This document shows positions 1-12,152 of a stretch of DNA of 64,000 nt, piece by piece (position 1 is the first letter of the stretch; each line of letters opens with the position of its first letter). The notes beneath the pieces were generated by a model. It did not search any database. It was given only the letters and a program-made list of their open reading frames with translations, and was not told the DNA's origin. Position numbers and translations under genes: made by a program. The DNA is from Candidatus Nanopelagicales bacterium. GTDB lineage: Bacteria; Actinomycetota; Actinomycetes; S36-B12. The DNA is taken from positions 14,070-78,069 of the forward strand of contig JBDQFC010000008.1 of assembly GCA_040266055.1 (NCBI GenBank), in the 5' to 3' direction.

Positions 1-1729
<1,729 letters not shown>

Positions 1730-1733
<4 letters not shown>

Positions 1734-2521
1734 CCGACCGCAAGCCGCTAATGGCGGGCAACTGGAAGATGAACCTGAACCACTTCGAGGCCATTGCGCT
1801 GGTTCAAAAATTGGCTTTCGGTTTGAACGAGCAGGACCTTGAAGCTGTCGAGGTTGCTGTTCTTCCGCCCTTCACAGACATTCGGAGTGTTCAAACGCTC
1901 ATCGAAGGGGACCACTACGACATTGCCTACGGCGCCCAGGACATCTCGGTGCACGCCTCCGGTGCCTACACCGGTGAGATTTCCGGAGCCATGCTGGCCA
2001 AGCTCGGCTGCACTTTTGTGACCGTCGGTCATAGCGAGCGGCGCGAGTACCACGGTGAGGATGACGCCACGGTCAACGCGAAGGCCAAAGCCGCGCTTGC
2101 GAACGAACTCGTGCCGATCGTCTGCGTGGGTGAGGGTTTGGATATCCGACAGTCGGGCGAGCACGTGGCATATGTCCTTGAACAGGTTCGCGGTTCCCTC
2201 GAGGGACTAGGTGCCGAGCAGGTAGCGGGCTTGGTGATCGCCTACGAGCCGGTATGGGCCATCGGAACCGGCGAGGTCGCTACAGGCGACGACGCTCAGG
2301 AAGTCTGCGCGGCCATCCGTGCAGACCTGGCCGAGAGACTCGGCGCTGAATGCGCGCAGTCCACGCGGATCCTGTACGGAGGTTCGGTGAAGGCCTCGAA
2401 CGTAGCGGGCATCATGGTTCAGTCGGATGTGGACGGCTGCCTCGTAGGTGGCGCGAGCCTGGATGTGGACGAGTTCATTGGCATCGTGCGGTATCGGATG
2501 CACCCGGAGCCGGTGGCCTAG
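1730..2521 (+). CDS. tpiA: Triosephosphate isomerase
   Basis: [37 protein letters not shown]. Confidence 0.98.
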
Positions 2522-2545
2522 ACACCGCAGGTATCGTTCACCCCG

Positions 2546-2788
2546 ATGATCACTGTTCTCACCATCGTTCTCGCGGTGCTCTTGGTTATAACCAGCTCAC
2601 TGTTGGTCGTGCTGATCCTGCTGCACCGCGGCAAAGGCGGTGGCCTGTCCGATCTATTCGGCGGCGGTGTTTCGTCCTCTATCGGCGGATCGTCGGTGGC
2701 GGAGAAAAACCTCGACAGGCTCACCGTAGGAATCGGGTTGGTGTGGGCGGCCAGCATTGTGGCTGTCGGGCTCATCATCAGTACCTAG
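2546..2788 (+). CDS. secG: Preprotein translocase subunit SecG
   Basis: Two TM helices, ILLHRGKGGGLSDLFGGG, AEKNLDRLT; usual position after tpiA. Confidence 0.95.
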   Translation: MITVLTIVLAVLLVITSSLLVVLILLHRGKGGGLSDLFGGGVSSSIGGSSVAEKNLDRLTVGIGLVWAASIVAVGLIIST

Positions 2789-2843
2789 TTCGTTTTCCAC
2801 GTTCTCTGTCCAACAACGTTCGTTTCGCTTCGGGAGGCAGTCA

Positions 2844-3176
2844 ATGGCCGGTGGCAGTGCTATTCGGGGGAGCCGCGTCGGTGCGGGGCCAATGGGTGAA
2901 GCCGAGCGAGGGGAAGCAGCGCCGCGGATCCATGTCTCGTTCTGGTGCGCCAACGAACACGAGTCGCGCCCGAGTTTCGCGACCGACGCCGAGGTCCCCG
3001 AGGAATGGGATTGCGCCCGTTGCGGGTTGCCGGCTGGCACAGACAAGGACCACCCCCCGGCTCCACCCAAGATCGAGCCCTACAAGACTCACCTGGCGTA
3101 TGTGAAGGAGCGTCGTTCGGACAAGGACGGTGCGGCGATCTTGCAGGAAGCACTCGACCGCCTGCACGGCAAGTAG
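2844..3176 (+). CDS. rbpA: RNA polymerase-binding protein RbpA-family paralog (secG-linked type)
   Basis: AIRGSRVGAGPMGEAERG, FWCANEH, WDCARCG, YKTHLAYVKERRS; SD GGGAGG before ATG 2844. Confidence 0.92.
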   Translation: MAGGSAIRGSRVGAGPMGEAERGEAAPRIHVSFWCANEHESRPSFATDAEVPEEWDCARCGLPAGTDKDHPPAPPKIEPYKTHLAYVKERRSDKDGAAILQEALDRLHGK

Positions 3177-3183
3177 GGCCCGC

Positions 3184-4296
3184 TTACTTCGGAGATTTTT
3201 CGAGTGCGTTGGCGACCGTTGCGCGCAGCGATTCCCACGAGGAGATGAAGGACGCCACGCCTGCTGCTTCGAGTTCGTCGCAAACGTCCCGTAGGTCCAC
3301 ACCTGCCTTGCTGAGAGCCTCGAGAATCTCGCTCGCTTCCTTGTCGCGCCCACTCACAGTGTCGCCAGCAAATCGGCCCTCGGTTGCGATTGCTTCTAAT
3401 GTTGCCTCGGGCACGGTGTTGACACAGCCGGGCGCCGCAAGTTCAACGACGTACCGCGAGGGGTCGTATTTGGGATCCTTCACTCCGGTACTCGCCCACA
3501 AAGGGCGTTGCGGTCGCGCACCTCGGGCAGCCAACTGGCGCCATGTGTCGCCCGCTGTGTGATTGGAGTAGGCCTGCCACGCGAGGTGAGCATTGGCGAT
3601 CGCTGCCTTGCCTTTTAGTCCTTCGGAGTCTGGGTGGTCGGAGACTTCGAGGCGTGAATCGACAGCCGAGTCCACCCGGCTGATGAAAAACGACGCCACG
3701 GATTCAATGGCGGCGAGGTCGTGGCCGTTGTCAGCGGCTTTAGCGACACCCTCGGTATGGGCGGCCATGACCTCGCGGTACCGATCCAGCGAGAAGATGA
3801 GCGTGACATTGACGCTGATCCCCGCGGCGAGCGTCTCCGTGATCGCGGGCAGACCTGCCCGGGTGGCAGGGATCTTGATCATCGCGTTCGGACGATCGAC
3901 GATCGCCCACAGTTCCTGCGCCTGCCGGATGGTGTTCTCGGTGTCGTGCGCGAGCCGAGGGTCAACCTCGATTGAGACTCGGCCATCGAGTCCACCGGTG
4001 GACTCCCACACTGGAATGAGGATGTCGCAGGCTGCGCGGACGTCGTCGGTGGTTATCGTCCGAATGGCGGAATCAGGATCGGTTCCGGCGGCTCGCAACT
4101 GGCTGAGCTGGTCTGCATAATCATCTCCGCCACTGCTGATCGCCTTTTCGAAGATGGTCGGATTTGTGGTGACACCGCGGATGGCGCGGGTGTCGACCAG
4201 GTGGGCGAGCCCACCGGACAGTCGTGAGCGACTGAGGTCATCGAGCCACAAACTCACGCCGGCTGCTGTCAACTCGGTGAGAACAGTCGGTGTCAT
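3184..4296 (-). CDS. tal: Transaldolase (actinobacterial type)
   Basis: WLDDLSR, GVTTNPTIF, VSIEVDPRLA, IKIPAT, NVTLIFS, LWASTGVK; ATG 4296 overlaps tkt stop (ATGA). Confidence 0.96.
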   Translation of the reverse strand: MTPTVLTELTAAGVSLWLDDLSRSRLSGGLAHLVDTRAIRGVTTNPTIFEKAISSGGDDYADQLSQLRAAGTDPDSAIRTITTDDVRAACDILIPVWESTGGLDGRVSIEVDPRLAHDTENTIRQAQELWAIVDRPNAMIKIPATRAGLPAITETLAAGISVNVTLIFSLDRYREVMAAHTEGVAKAADNGHDLAAIESVASFFISRVDSAVDSRLEVSDHPDSEGLKGKAAIANAHLAWQAYSNHTAGDTWRQLAARGARPQRPLWASTGVKDPKYDPSRYVVELAAPGCVNTVPEATLEAIATEGRFAGDTVSGRDKEASEILEALSKAGVDLRDVCDELEAAGVASFISSWESLRATVANALEKSPK

Positions 4297-6383
4297 GTCA
4301 TCTCCGTTGTGCTCGTGTCGCGAACTGCGTCGCGAACCGCGTCCCGAACGGCATCGGGCGTGATGCCGAACTCGGCAAATAGTCGTGTTGCGTCCGCGCT
4401 CGCCCCGAAACGATCCAGGCCGATCACCCGACCCCGATCTCCGACGTACCGGTGCCAGCCCATCGTTGACCCGGCTTCTACGGCCACACGCACTGGAACG
4501 TCTGGGTTGATGACGGACTCGCGGTAGGCGCGGTCTTGCTGCTCGAACCACTCCAAGCAAGGCAGGCTCGCGACGTTCACTTCAATACCCTCGGCAGTTA
4601 GCAGATCGGCAGCGTCAAGTGCCACGCGAACTTCGGAACCGGTAGCGAGGATCGTGGCCTGTGGTGAGGGCGAGGAACGAACTAGGTATCCACCGCGGTG
4701 AACGCCCTGGCGCGTTACGGCGTCGTCGTTGTCCATCACCGGAATGCCCTGTCGGCTGAGGATCAACCCGGAGGGTGAGCGTCGGCTGAGGATGGACAAC
4801 CAAGCAGCGGCGGTTTCACTCGCGTCGGCCGGCCGGATCACCGAGAAGCCAGGGATCGCGCGCAACGACCACAGGTGCTCGACCGGTTGATGAGTAGGGC
4901 CGTCCTCGCCCAGTCCGATCGAATCGTGCGTCCACACGAAGGTGCTCGGCACTTGCATGAGAGCCGCTAGCCGAACAGCACCACGCATGTAGTCGCTGAA
5001 CACCAAGAAGGTGCCGCCAAAGGGCCGGGTGAGGCCATCGAGTGCGATCCCGTTGAGAATCGAACCCATCGCGTGTTCGCGAATGCCAAAGTGGATCACC
5101 CGGCCGTAGGGAGAAGAAGTCTCGGTCTCCTCAGGCAGGAAGCTCTTCGCCCCAGCGATGCTGGTGTTGTTCGATTCCGCGAGGTCTGCCGAGCCACCCC
5201 ACAGTTCTGGCAGGACAGCGGCCAAGGCACTGATGGAGTCTCCGGAGGCCTTGCGGGTTGCGATGGAAGTTCCGGCCTCAAACGTTGGCAGCGCGTCTGA
5301 GACTGCGTCGGGCAGATCGCCAGTGACTAGGCGGTCGAGTAGTGCGGCCTGATCTGGATGTGTTGCGCGCCAGGCATCAAAGGAAGTCGTCCATGCCGCC
5401 CGGTGTCGGGATCCACGCTCGGCTCGGGCCGAACGGATTCGACCGAGCAGAGCATCGTCGAACGCGAAATTCGTTTCGGGATCGACTCCGAGTGCGGTCT
5501 TGGTTGCTGCCACCTCCGCATCTCCGAGAGCCGATCCGTGGGACTTGGCGGTGCCCTGTGCGTTCGGCGCGGGCCAGGCAATGGTCGTGCGCACACGAAT
5601 GAAACTCGGCGCATCGGAACGTGCTTCAGCAGCGCGCAGGGCGGCATCGAGCGCGATGAGGTCTACGTCACCGTCGTCGAGCATGTCGACCTCGTGCACA
5701 TCCCAGCCGTAGGCCCGGTAGCGGGCCACAACATCTTCGTTAAAAGCGATCGCTGTGTCACCTTCGATGGAGATGCGGTTGTCGTCCCACACGACGCACA
5801 GGTTCCCGAGCTCCTGGCGGCCCGCGAGGGAGCTCGCCTCGGCGGATACGCCCTCCTCGAGATCGCCATCGGAGGCAATGACCCACACTCGATAGTCAAA
5901 AGGGCTCTGGCCTGTGCCCGGGTCGAAAAGGCCACGCTCGAAGCGGGCGGCCATCGCCATGCCCACTGCAGTTGCCACGCCTTGGCCGAGCGGACCGGTC
6001 GTGGTCTCGACCCCAGGTGTGTGTCCGTATTCCGGGTGGCCAGGCGTCTGGGAACCCCAGGTCCGAAATGCGCGGAAGTCCTCGATTTCAAGTCCCATGC
6101 CCGACAAGAACAGTTGGCTGTACAGAGTCAGGCTCGAGTGACCGGCGCTGAGCACAAACCTGTCGCGCCCGAGCCACCTGGGATCTTTGGGATCGTGACG
6201 GACGTAGTCGCGATAGAGCAGGTAGGCCACGGGCGCGAGGGACATCGCTGTCCCGGGATGACCGTTGCCGACGCTTTGGACCGAGTCCATAGCCAAAGCC
6301 CGCAGGTAGGTCACCGCCTGTGCGTCGTCGGTCTCCCAGTTCAGGGGAGTGGAGCGGCCGGATGACGAAACGGTTTCGGGCAT
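4293..6383 (-). CDS. tkt: Transketolase
   Basis: GHPGTAMS, DRFVLSAGHSS, TTGPLGQG, SDGDLEEG TPP motif, THDSIGLGEDGPTHQP. Confidence 0.98.
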   Translation of the reverse strand: MPETVSSSGRSTPLNWETDDAQAVTYLRALAMDSVQSVGNGHPGTAMSLAPVAYLLYRDYVRHDPKDPRWLGRDRFVLSAGHSSLTLYSQLFLSGMGLEIEDFRAFRTWGSQTPGHPEYGHTPGVETTTGPLGQGVATAVGMAMAARFERGLFDPGTGQSPFDYRVWVIASDGDLEEGVSAEASSLAGRQELGNLCVVWDDNRISIEGDTAIAFNEDVVARYRAYGWDVHEVDMLDDGDVDLIALDAALRAAEARSDAPSFIRVRTTIAWPAPNAQGTAKSHGSALGDAEVAATKTALGVDPETNFAFDDALLGRIRSARAERGSRHRAAWTTSFDAWRATHPDQAALLDRLVTGDLPDAVSDALPTFEAGTSIATRKASGDSISALAAVLPELWGGSADLAESNNTSIAGAKSFLPEETETSSPYGRVIHFGIREHAMGSILNGIALDGLTRPFGGTFLVFSDYMRGAVRLAALMQVPSTFVWTHDSIGLGEDGPTHQPVEHLWSLRAIPGFSVIRPADASETAAAWLSILSRRSPSGLILSRQGIPVMDNDDAVTRQGVHRGGYLVRSSPSPQATILATGSEVRVALDAADLLTAEGIEVNVASLPCLEWFEQQDRAYRESVINPDVPVRVAVEAGSTMGWHRYVGDRGRVIGLDRFGASADATRLFAEFGITPDAVRDAVRDAVRDTSTTEMT
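4321..4356. repeat. Three imperfect 12-bp tandem repeats encoding DAVR repeats at the Tkt C-terminus
   Basis: cgaactgcgtcg cgaaccgcgtcc cgaacggcatcg. Confidence 0.7.
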
Positions 6384-6483
6384 GGTGCAACCCTAGGGGA
6401 CAGGAATGTGGCAGTCTGCCTTGTACGCTCATCGGTTGTACCGCATGTTTGTTCGTTCGGATCGAGGAAACCAGGAGTCGCGC

Positions 6484-7428
6484 GTGACGACAACACTCGC
6501 GACGCGCATGTCCATCGGGGGCCGTGTTCGAGCCCATGTGGCACTGACCAAACCCCGGATCATCGAGTTGTTGCTTGTCACGGCTGTTCCGACCATGTTT
6601 CTGGCGGCCCGTGGTTTGCCGACCTGGCAGGCAACCCTGGCGGTGCTCACCGGCGGTGCCTTGGCGGCAGGCGCCGCGAACACCTTCAACAGCATTTACG
6701 ACCGCGATATTGACGCGGTTATGCATCGGACCACCAAGCGGCCGGCTGTCACAGGACAGGTTTCCGTCCGCGCCGGATTCATTCAGGGTCTGATCCTCAC
6801 GGCGCTGAGCGTCACAGTCCTCACCGTCCTCGCCAATCCACTGTCGGCACTGCTGGCGCTGGCCGCGATCGCCGGCTATGCGGTCGGCTACACGATGTTG
6901 CTCAAGCGGCGTACAGACCAAAATATTGTGTGGGGCGGGGCCGCCGGTTGCATGCCAGTGCTCATCGCGTGGAGTGCAGTAACGGGTTCGCTCACGTGGA
7001 CTCCGGTGGTGTTGTTCTTGCTGATCTTCTGGTGGACACCGCCGCACTACTGGCCGCTGGCGATCAAGTACCGCGAGGACTACCGGGCCGCGAACATCCC
7101 GATGCTTCCCGCGGTTCGAACGGCTAGGAGCGTGAGCCGCCATATTGTGGGCTACTCGTGGGTAATGGTGCTGACATCGCTCGCACTTATCCCGGTTGCA
7201 CCGATGGGCTGGGTGTACAGCGTTGGCGCTTTGATCCTCGGCGCAGCGTTCTTGGCTCAGGCGTATCGATTGTCCTCGCGCATTAAGTCAGATCGCGCCG
7301 ACTCCGATCTCTCGGATGACGACTACTCACCCCACAGCCTCAAGCTCGCCATGCAGCTTTTCCATGGATCTATCACCTACCTAGCGGTGATTTTCCTGTT
7401 GGTTGGATTGGATCCGTTCGTCGGCTAG
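6484..7428 (+). CDS. ctaB: Protoheme IX farnesyltransferase (haem o synthase)
   Basis: LTKPRII, YDRDIDAVMHRTTKRP, LKRRT, WTPPHYW, DYRAANIPMLP; SD AGGAG before GTG 6484. Confidence 0.95.
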   Translation: MTTTLATRMSIGGRVRAHVALTKPRIIELLLVTAVPTMFLAARGLPTWQATLAVLTGGALAAGAANTFNSIYDRDIDAVMHRTTKRPAVTGQVSVRAGFIQGLILTALSVTVLTVLANPLSALLALAAIAGYAVGYTMLLKRRTDQNIVWGGAAGCMPVLIAWSAVTGSLTWTPVVLFLLIFWWTPPHYWPLAIKYREDYRAANIPMLPAVRTARSVSRHIVGYSWVMVLTSLALIPVAPMGWVYSVGALILGAAFLAQAYRLSSRIKSDRADSDLSDDDYSPHSLKLAMQLFHGSITYLAVIFLLVGLDPFVG

Positions 7429-8402
7429 TCCACACTTGAATTGACGCCCCGTGTGCGGAGCGCCGATGGCAGTAGCAGCGCAGCGATCCAGACGCCGATA
7501 GCTCCGAGCACGTGGATGGTCACGAGAAGTTCGGGCAGGCCCGTGAAGTACTGCGTGTAGCCGATGATCCCCTGAGTGATCGCGATGGCCAACAGGATCC
7601 ACGTCCTACGCAGGAACGATCCTGGTGCACGTACGACAGTGGCGGCGACCAGGAGACCGACCGTCAGGCCTAGGAACAAGAACACGCTGTCTGCGTGCAG
7701 CCATGCGACTGTCCTTGGATCGAAGGAGAAACGCGCTTCGACGTCGGCGTCACCGGAGTGTGGACCGCTGCCTGTAGTGATGACGCCGAGGAACACGACC
7801 ACCGCTGTGGACGCGACGACACCCCAGGTCAGCAGACGTACGGCGGGCGGCACGACCTGTTGAACCGGCTGGTCACCTGGTTCACCTGAGCGGACTACCA
7901 GGGCGACGCAGGCGGCCACGAGACCCATGGACACCAGGAAATGCGCTGACACCGTGGCTGGATGCAGGCCGGTGAGGACGGTGATCCCACCGAGCACCGC
8001 CTGGAAGGCGGTGCCGACAATCGGCACGAAGGCCAAGATCGTGAGGACTCGACGGGGCTCCAGGCCTTGGCTCCGGCGTCGGTGTCGATCCACAAGCGCT
8101 GCGACAATGGCAGCGATCGCGGCGATCGCCAGCACGAAAGTCAACAGCCGGTTACCGAATTCCACGTACTTGTGCCAGGACTCGGCTTGACGGTTTGTGG
8201 GTACGTAGGAGCCTTCGACACATTCCGGCCAGGTGGGGCACCCCAGGCCGCTGCCGGTGATTCGGACGATGGCGCCGGTGAGGATGATTCCGGACTGCAC
8301 CACCAGATTGGCGATATAAACGCCGCGGACCCACCTCGGGGACCAACCGGGGTTTCTACCGGACATTCGAGGGGCGGGAGGCGTTTGGACGGTTGCAGTC
8401 AC
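7425..8402 (-). CDS. ctaA: COX15/CtaA haem a synthase family protein
   Basis: VRITGSGLGCPTWPEC, EFGNRL, Q..LGGITV, AHF, TGSGPHSGD, WLH, IH; multiple TM helices. Confidence 0.92.
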   Translation of the reverse strand: MTATVQTPPAPRMSGRNPGWSPRWVRGVYIANLVVQSGIILTGAIVRITGSGLGCPTWPECVEGSYVPTNRQAESWHKYVEFGNRLLTFVLAIAAIAAIVAALVDRHRRRSQGLEPRRVLTILAFVPIVGTAFQAVLGGITVLTGLHPATVSAHFLVSMGLVAACVALVVRSGEPGDQPVQQVVPPAVRLLTWGVVASTAVVVFLGVITTGSGPHSGDADVEARFSFDPRTVAWLHADSVFLFLGLTVGLLVAATVVRAPGSFLRRTWILLAIAITQGIIGYTQYFTGLPELLVTIHVLGAIGVWIAALLLPSALRTRGVNSSVD

Positions 8403-8480
8403 GTCAGGATCGTAACTGCGTGTCGCCGGTGCTTCCTGGGGTGGCTTCGGGCCGATCCGACCCCGTGTTGCACCGATATC

Positions 8481-8510
8481 GAATTACGACACAATGGTGT
8501 TGTGAAATTC
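8481..8510. promoter_or_regulatory. Putative SufR operator overlapping the sufR -10 (CACAAT 8490-8495) and GTG start
   Basis: Interrupted palindrome GAATT-ACGACAC-aatg-GTGTTGT-ga-AATTC; contains ACAC-N6-GTTG, close to the CAAC-N6-GTTG SufR site. Confidence 0.6.
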
Positions 8511-9230
8511 CCAACCGACGCCGCCGAGCGTGTGGCCCGATGCCTGGCCGAGCGTGGCCCGAGCACGGCCGCCGCGCTCGCTGACGAGTTGGGAACTTCT
8601 GCGACGGCCGTGCGTCGCCCCTTGCACGCGCTCCAAGAGGGCGGACTGGTCCAGGCCTCAGATCGAGCGCCGTTCGGCCCCGAACCAGGTCCCAGACGCG
8701 GTCGTCCCAGCCAGGTCTACTCCCTAACCGGAGCCGGCCGAGCTGCATGTGAGCAGGCCTATGACGCCCTTGCTCTTGAGGCCCTGCGTTTTCTTGCCGA
8801 GCGCGACGGCCGCGAAGCCGTGGCTGAATTCGCAGCCGACCGGGCTCGCCGTCTGCTGGGCACCTCGCGTGGGGGTGACTCGGCTGTTGCCACCGCTCAC
8901 GAGGTCGCGGAGCGATTAACTGACCACGGATTCGCTGCCACCGTCGAGCCATTGGCCCGCGACGGTGCGCAGTTGTGCCAGCACCACTGCCCAGTGGTTG
9001 ATGCGGCGGGGGAGTTCCCCGAGCTCTGTGAGGCCGAGACCGAAGCCCTTGGCGTTTTGCTCGGCCGCCACGTCACCCGATTGGCAACCCTCGCTCATGG
9101 AGATGGCATCTGCACGACTTTGATCCCCGCACTCACCATCAGCGAGTCCAGTACCGACGATTACAACGCAAAGACCGAAGAACGTTCCGCAGCGATGGAA
9201 AGCGCAACCAAGGAAAGGGTGAGCCGATGA
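8502..9230 (+). CDS. sufR: SufR-like helix-turn-helix transcriptional regulator
   Basis: N-terminal [28 protein letters not shown] cysteines; first gene of suf operon. Confidence 0.9.
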   Translation: MKFPTDAAERVARCLAERGPSTAAALADELGTSATAVRRPLHALQEGGLVQASDRAPFGPEPGPRRGRPSQVYSLTGAGRAACEQAYDALALEALRFLAERDGREAVAEFAADRARRLLGTSRGGDSAVATAHEVAERLTDHGFAATVEPLARDGAQLCQHHCPVVDAAGEFPELCEAETEALGVLLGRHVTRLATLAHGDGICTTLIPALTISESSTDDYNAKTEERSAAMESATKERVSR

Positions 9231-10648
9231 GTACCACGGCCGACGAGCAGGCAGCAACAATCGCCGAGCTCAGTAACTACGAGTACGGATGGCGGGACGC
9301 CGACACTGCAGGTGAAGGTGCGCGTCGTGGCCTCAACGAGGACGTGGTGCGCGACATCTCTGCCAAGAAGGGAGAGCCTGAATGGATGCTCGACCTTCGG
9401 TTGAAGGGCTTGCGTCTGTTCTACAAGAAGCCAATGCCAGCGTGGGGATCGGACCTCACGGGGATCGACTTCGACAACATCAAGTACTTCGTTCGCTCGA
9501 CCGAGAAGCAGGCAACGAGCTGGGAGGAACTTCCCGAGGACATCAAGAACACCTACGACAAACTCGGTATCCCCGAGGCCGAGAAGCAGCGCCTTGTTGC
9601 CGGCGTAGCGGCGCAGTACGAATCTGAGGTCGTCTACCACAAGATCCGTGAGGACTTAGAGGAGCAAGGTGTCGTCTTCCTTGATACAGACACAGGACTC
9701 AAGGAGTACGAGGACATCTACCGTGAGTACTTCGGGTCGGTGATCCCGGTGGGCGACAACAAGTTCGCTGCACTCAACACTGCCGTTTGGTCGGGCGGGT
9801 CGTTCATCTACGTGCCCAAGGGCGTACACGTTGAGATCCCATTGCAGGCCTACTTCCGTATCAACACCGAGAACATGGGTCAGTTTGAGCGGACTTTGAT
9901 CATCGTCGACGAGGACGCCTACGTTCACTACGTCGAGGGTTGTACCGCACCCATCTACTCCTCGGACTCGCTGCACTCTGCCGTTGTCGAGATCGTGGTG
10001 AAGAAGGGTGCTCGATGCCGCTACACCACCATCCAGAACTGGTCCACGAACGTCTACAACCTCGTCACCAAGCGCGCGATCGCGCAAGAGGGGGCGACGA
10101 TGGAGTGGGTCGACGGCAACCTGGGTTCGAAGGTCACCATGAAGTATCCGGCAGTGTGGATGACCGGTCCGCACGCCAAGGGCGAGACCTTGTCGATCGC
10201 ATTCGCAGGCGAGAAGCAGCACCAAGATGCCGGCGCGAAGATGGTGCACGCGGCGCCGTACACCTCGTCTTCCATCATCTCCAAGTCGGTTGCCCGCGGG
10301 GGTGGACGTACGTCGTACCGCGGATTGGTCCAGGTCCAAGAGGGTGCGCACCACGCCAAGAGCACGGTCAAGTGCGATGCCCTGTTGGTGGATGACATCT
10401 CGCGCTCGGACACCTACCCGTACGTCGACGTCCGTGAAGACGACGTCGCCATGGGTCACGAGGCAACCGTGTCGAAGGTCAGTGAGGACCAGTTGTTCTA
10501 CCTGATGTCACGCGGTCTCGATGAGGACGAAGCAATGGCGATGATCGTGCGTGGCTTCGTCGAGCCGATCGCTCGCGAACTGCCGATGGAGTACGCGCTC
10601 GAACTCAACCGTCTGATCGAACTCCAAATGGAAGGAGCCGTGGGGTGA
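9227..10648 (+). CDS. sufB: Fe-S cluster assembly protein SufB
   Basis: [41 protein letters not shown]. Confidence 0.98.
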   Translation: MSTTADEQAATIAELSNYEYGWRDADTAGEGARRGLNEDVVRDISAKKGEPEWMLDLRLKGLRLFYKKPMPAWGSDLTGIDFDNIKYFVRSTEKQATSWEELPEDIKNTYDKLGIPEAEKQRLVAGVAAQYESEVVYHKIREDLEEQGVVFLDTDTGLKEYEDIYREYFGSVIPVGDNKFAALNTAVWSGGSFIYVPKGVHVEIPLQAYFRINTENMGQFERTLIIVDEDAYVHYVEGCTAPIYSSDSLHSAVVEIVVKKGARCRYTTIQNWSTNVYNLVTKRAIAQEGATMEWVDGNLGSKVTMKYPAVWMTGPHAKGETLSIAFAGEKQHQDAGAKMVHAAPYTSSSIISKSVARGGGRTSYRGLVQVQEGAHHAKSTVKCDALLVDDISRSDTYPYVDVREDDVAMGHEATVSKVSEDQLFYLMSRGLDEDEAMAMIVRGFVEPIARELPMEYALELNRLIELQMEGAVG

Positions 10649-11793
10649 GCTCAGTTCAGGCTCCACCATCAGATCTCGCACCCCGGGTGCTGTCGAATGA
10701 TCCTGCCGATCACGAGACACCACATGGACGCGAGGAGGAGTGGCGGTTCACTCCGATCAAGCGCATCCCGGACTTCTTCGAGACCGGAGTTCGCGGCTCG
10801 GTTGTCGCGCCTGAATCGGAATTCGTCACCATCACTCCGGCATCGGCCGATGCGTCAACAGTTGAGAAAGCTGCGGCGTGGGTCGCCACGGACCTTCCGT
10901 CGGCGCTTGCCCGCAGCAACGCTGCATCAGTCGTCGCAATCGATATTCCGGCTGAGCGTGAACTCGACGACGTTGTAGTCGTCGACCTCACCACCGGTGA
11001 GGCGATGAACTACGGCCGGATCGAGATCTCCGCCGGTCGGTTCTCGAAGGCGACGATCGTGCTGCGCCTGGACATGACGTCGGACGTCAACGGGATCGTC
11101 GTAACCGATGTTGCCGACCAAGCGGATGTAACTGTGCTTGCGCTCTACGATGGTCCGCGTACAAGCCGCCACGTGTGGCAGTGGGCGGCCACGGTTGGAC
11201 GGGATGCGCGCTTCCAAGGGCTGTCCATCGCCCTCGGTGGTTCGCTCATCCGGCTTCAACAGTCCGTGCGCTACGCCGGCCCTGGAGGTTCGGCGGAGTT
11301 GCTTGGTGCCTTCCTGGCATCGGACGAGCAATTCCAGGAGTTTCGGATCTTCGTCGATCACAGCCAGCCGCACTGCACGAGCAATGTCGTGTTCAAGGGT
11401 GCGTTGTCCGGGCAATCTGCCCACACGGTCTGGATCGGTGATGTCCTCGTGCGACGCGAGGCCATTGGTATCGAGACCTACGAGCTCAACCGCAACCTGC
11501 TCTTGAACGACGGTCCCCGCGCGGACTCGGTTCCCAACCTTGAGCTCGAGACCGGCGATGTCGTCAGTGCGGGCCACGCAAGTGCCACGGGGCGATTCGA
11601 CGATGAACAACTGTTCTACCTCGAGTCGCGCGGTATTCCTGAGGAACTCGCGCGTCAGTTGGTGGTGCGCGGTTTCTTTGTGGATGTCTTGGACAAGGTC
11701 AAGGACGAGGAACTGCGCAGCGACGTCCTACGCCGCATCGAGGAGCGGATCGGCATGGACGCACTCGAGCGCCACGTGAGCGGAGACGAGTGA
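10645..11793 (+). CDS. sufD: Fe-S cluster assembly protein SufD
   Basis: [37 protein letters not shown]; follows sufB. Confidence 0.95.
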   Translation: MSSVQAPPSDLAPRVLSNDPADHETPHGREEEWRFTPIKRIPDFFETGVRGSVVAPESEFVTITPASADASTVEKAAAWVATDLPSALARSNAASVVAIDIPAERELDDVVVVDLTTGEAMNYGRIEISAGRFSKATIVLRLDMTSDVNGIVVTDVADQADVTVLALYDGPRTSRHVWQWAATVGRDARFQGLSIALGGSLIRLQQSVRYAGPGGSAELLGAFLASDEQFQEFRIFVDHSQPHCTSNVVFKGALSGQSAHTVWIGDVLVRREAIGIETYELNRNLLLNDGPRADSVPNLELETGDVVSAGHASATGRFDDEQLFYLESRGIPEELARQLVVRGFFVDVLDKVKDEELRSDVLRRIEERIGMDALERHVSGDE

Positions 11794-12143
11794 TGGGTTC
11801 TGAACTCGTCGATGTGGCGCGCGCCGGTGACCTCGCGATGGACACCGCTGTGAAGGTGGACGTGGCAGGCCAAGACGTGGCGCTTGTTCGGTGCGAGGAG
11901 GGCGTTTTTGCGATCGGTAACCAGTGTTCGCATGCGGACGTTGATCTCTCTGAGGGCGAGGTCGAGGGTTGCGCACTTGAGTGCTGGCTGCATGGCTCGC
12001 AGTTCGACCTGCGCACCGGGAGGCCCTTGTCACTCCCAGCACTCGAACCCGTACCTACCTATCGCGTCGAGATCGATGGCGACGGCGACGACGCACGCAT
12101 TCTGATTGACCCCACCCCCCATTTGGTTAGCAACGAGGCGTAA
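11793..12143 (+). CDS. Rieske-type (non-heme iron oxygenase) ferredoxin
   Basis: CSH...ECWLHGSQFD Rieske ligand motifs. Confidence 0.93.
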   Translation: MGSELVDVARAGDLAMDTAVKVDVAGQDVALVRCEEGVFAIGNQCSHADVDLSEGEVEGCALECWLHGSQFDLRTGRPLSLPALEPVPTYRVEIDGDGDDARILIDPTPHLVSNEA

Positions 12144-12152
12144 GGAACAACC

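Noticed and set aside
5358-7143. Long alternative ORFs 5358-6365 (+) and 6088-7143 (-)
   Set aside because: Antisense shadows of tkt and ctaB with no domain signatures or initiation signals
7962-8501. Apparent 180-aa N-terminal extension of SufR in the ORF track
   Set aside because: Antisense to ctaA; the HTH starts at GTG 8502, which has its own -10. The same logic was used to trim pgk, tal, both TSUPs, gcvH, lnt and pup
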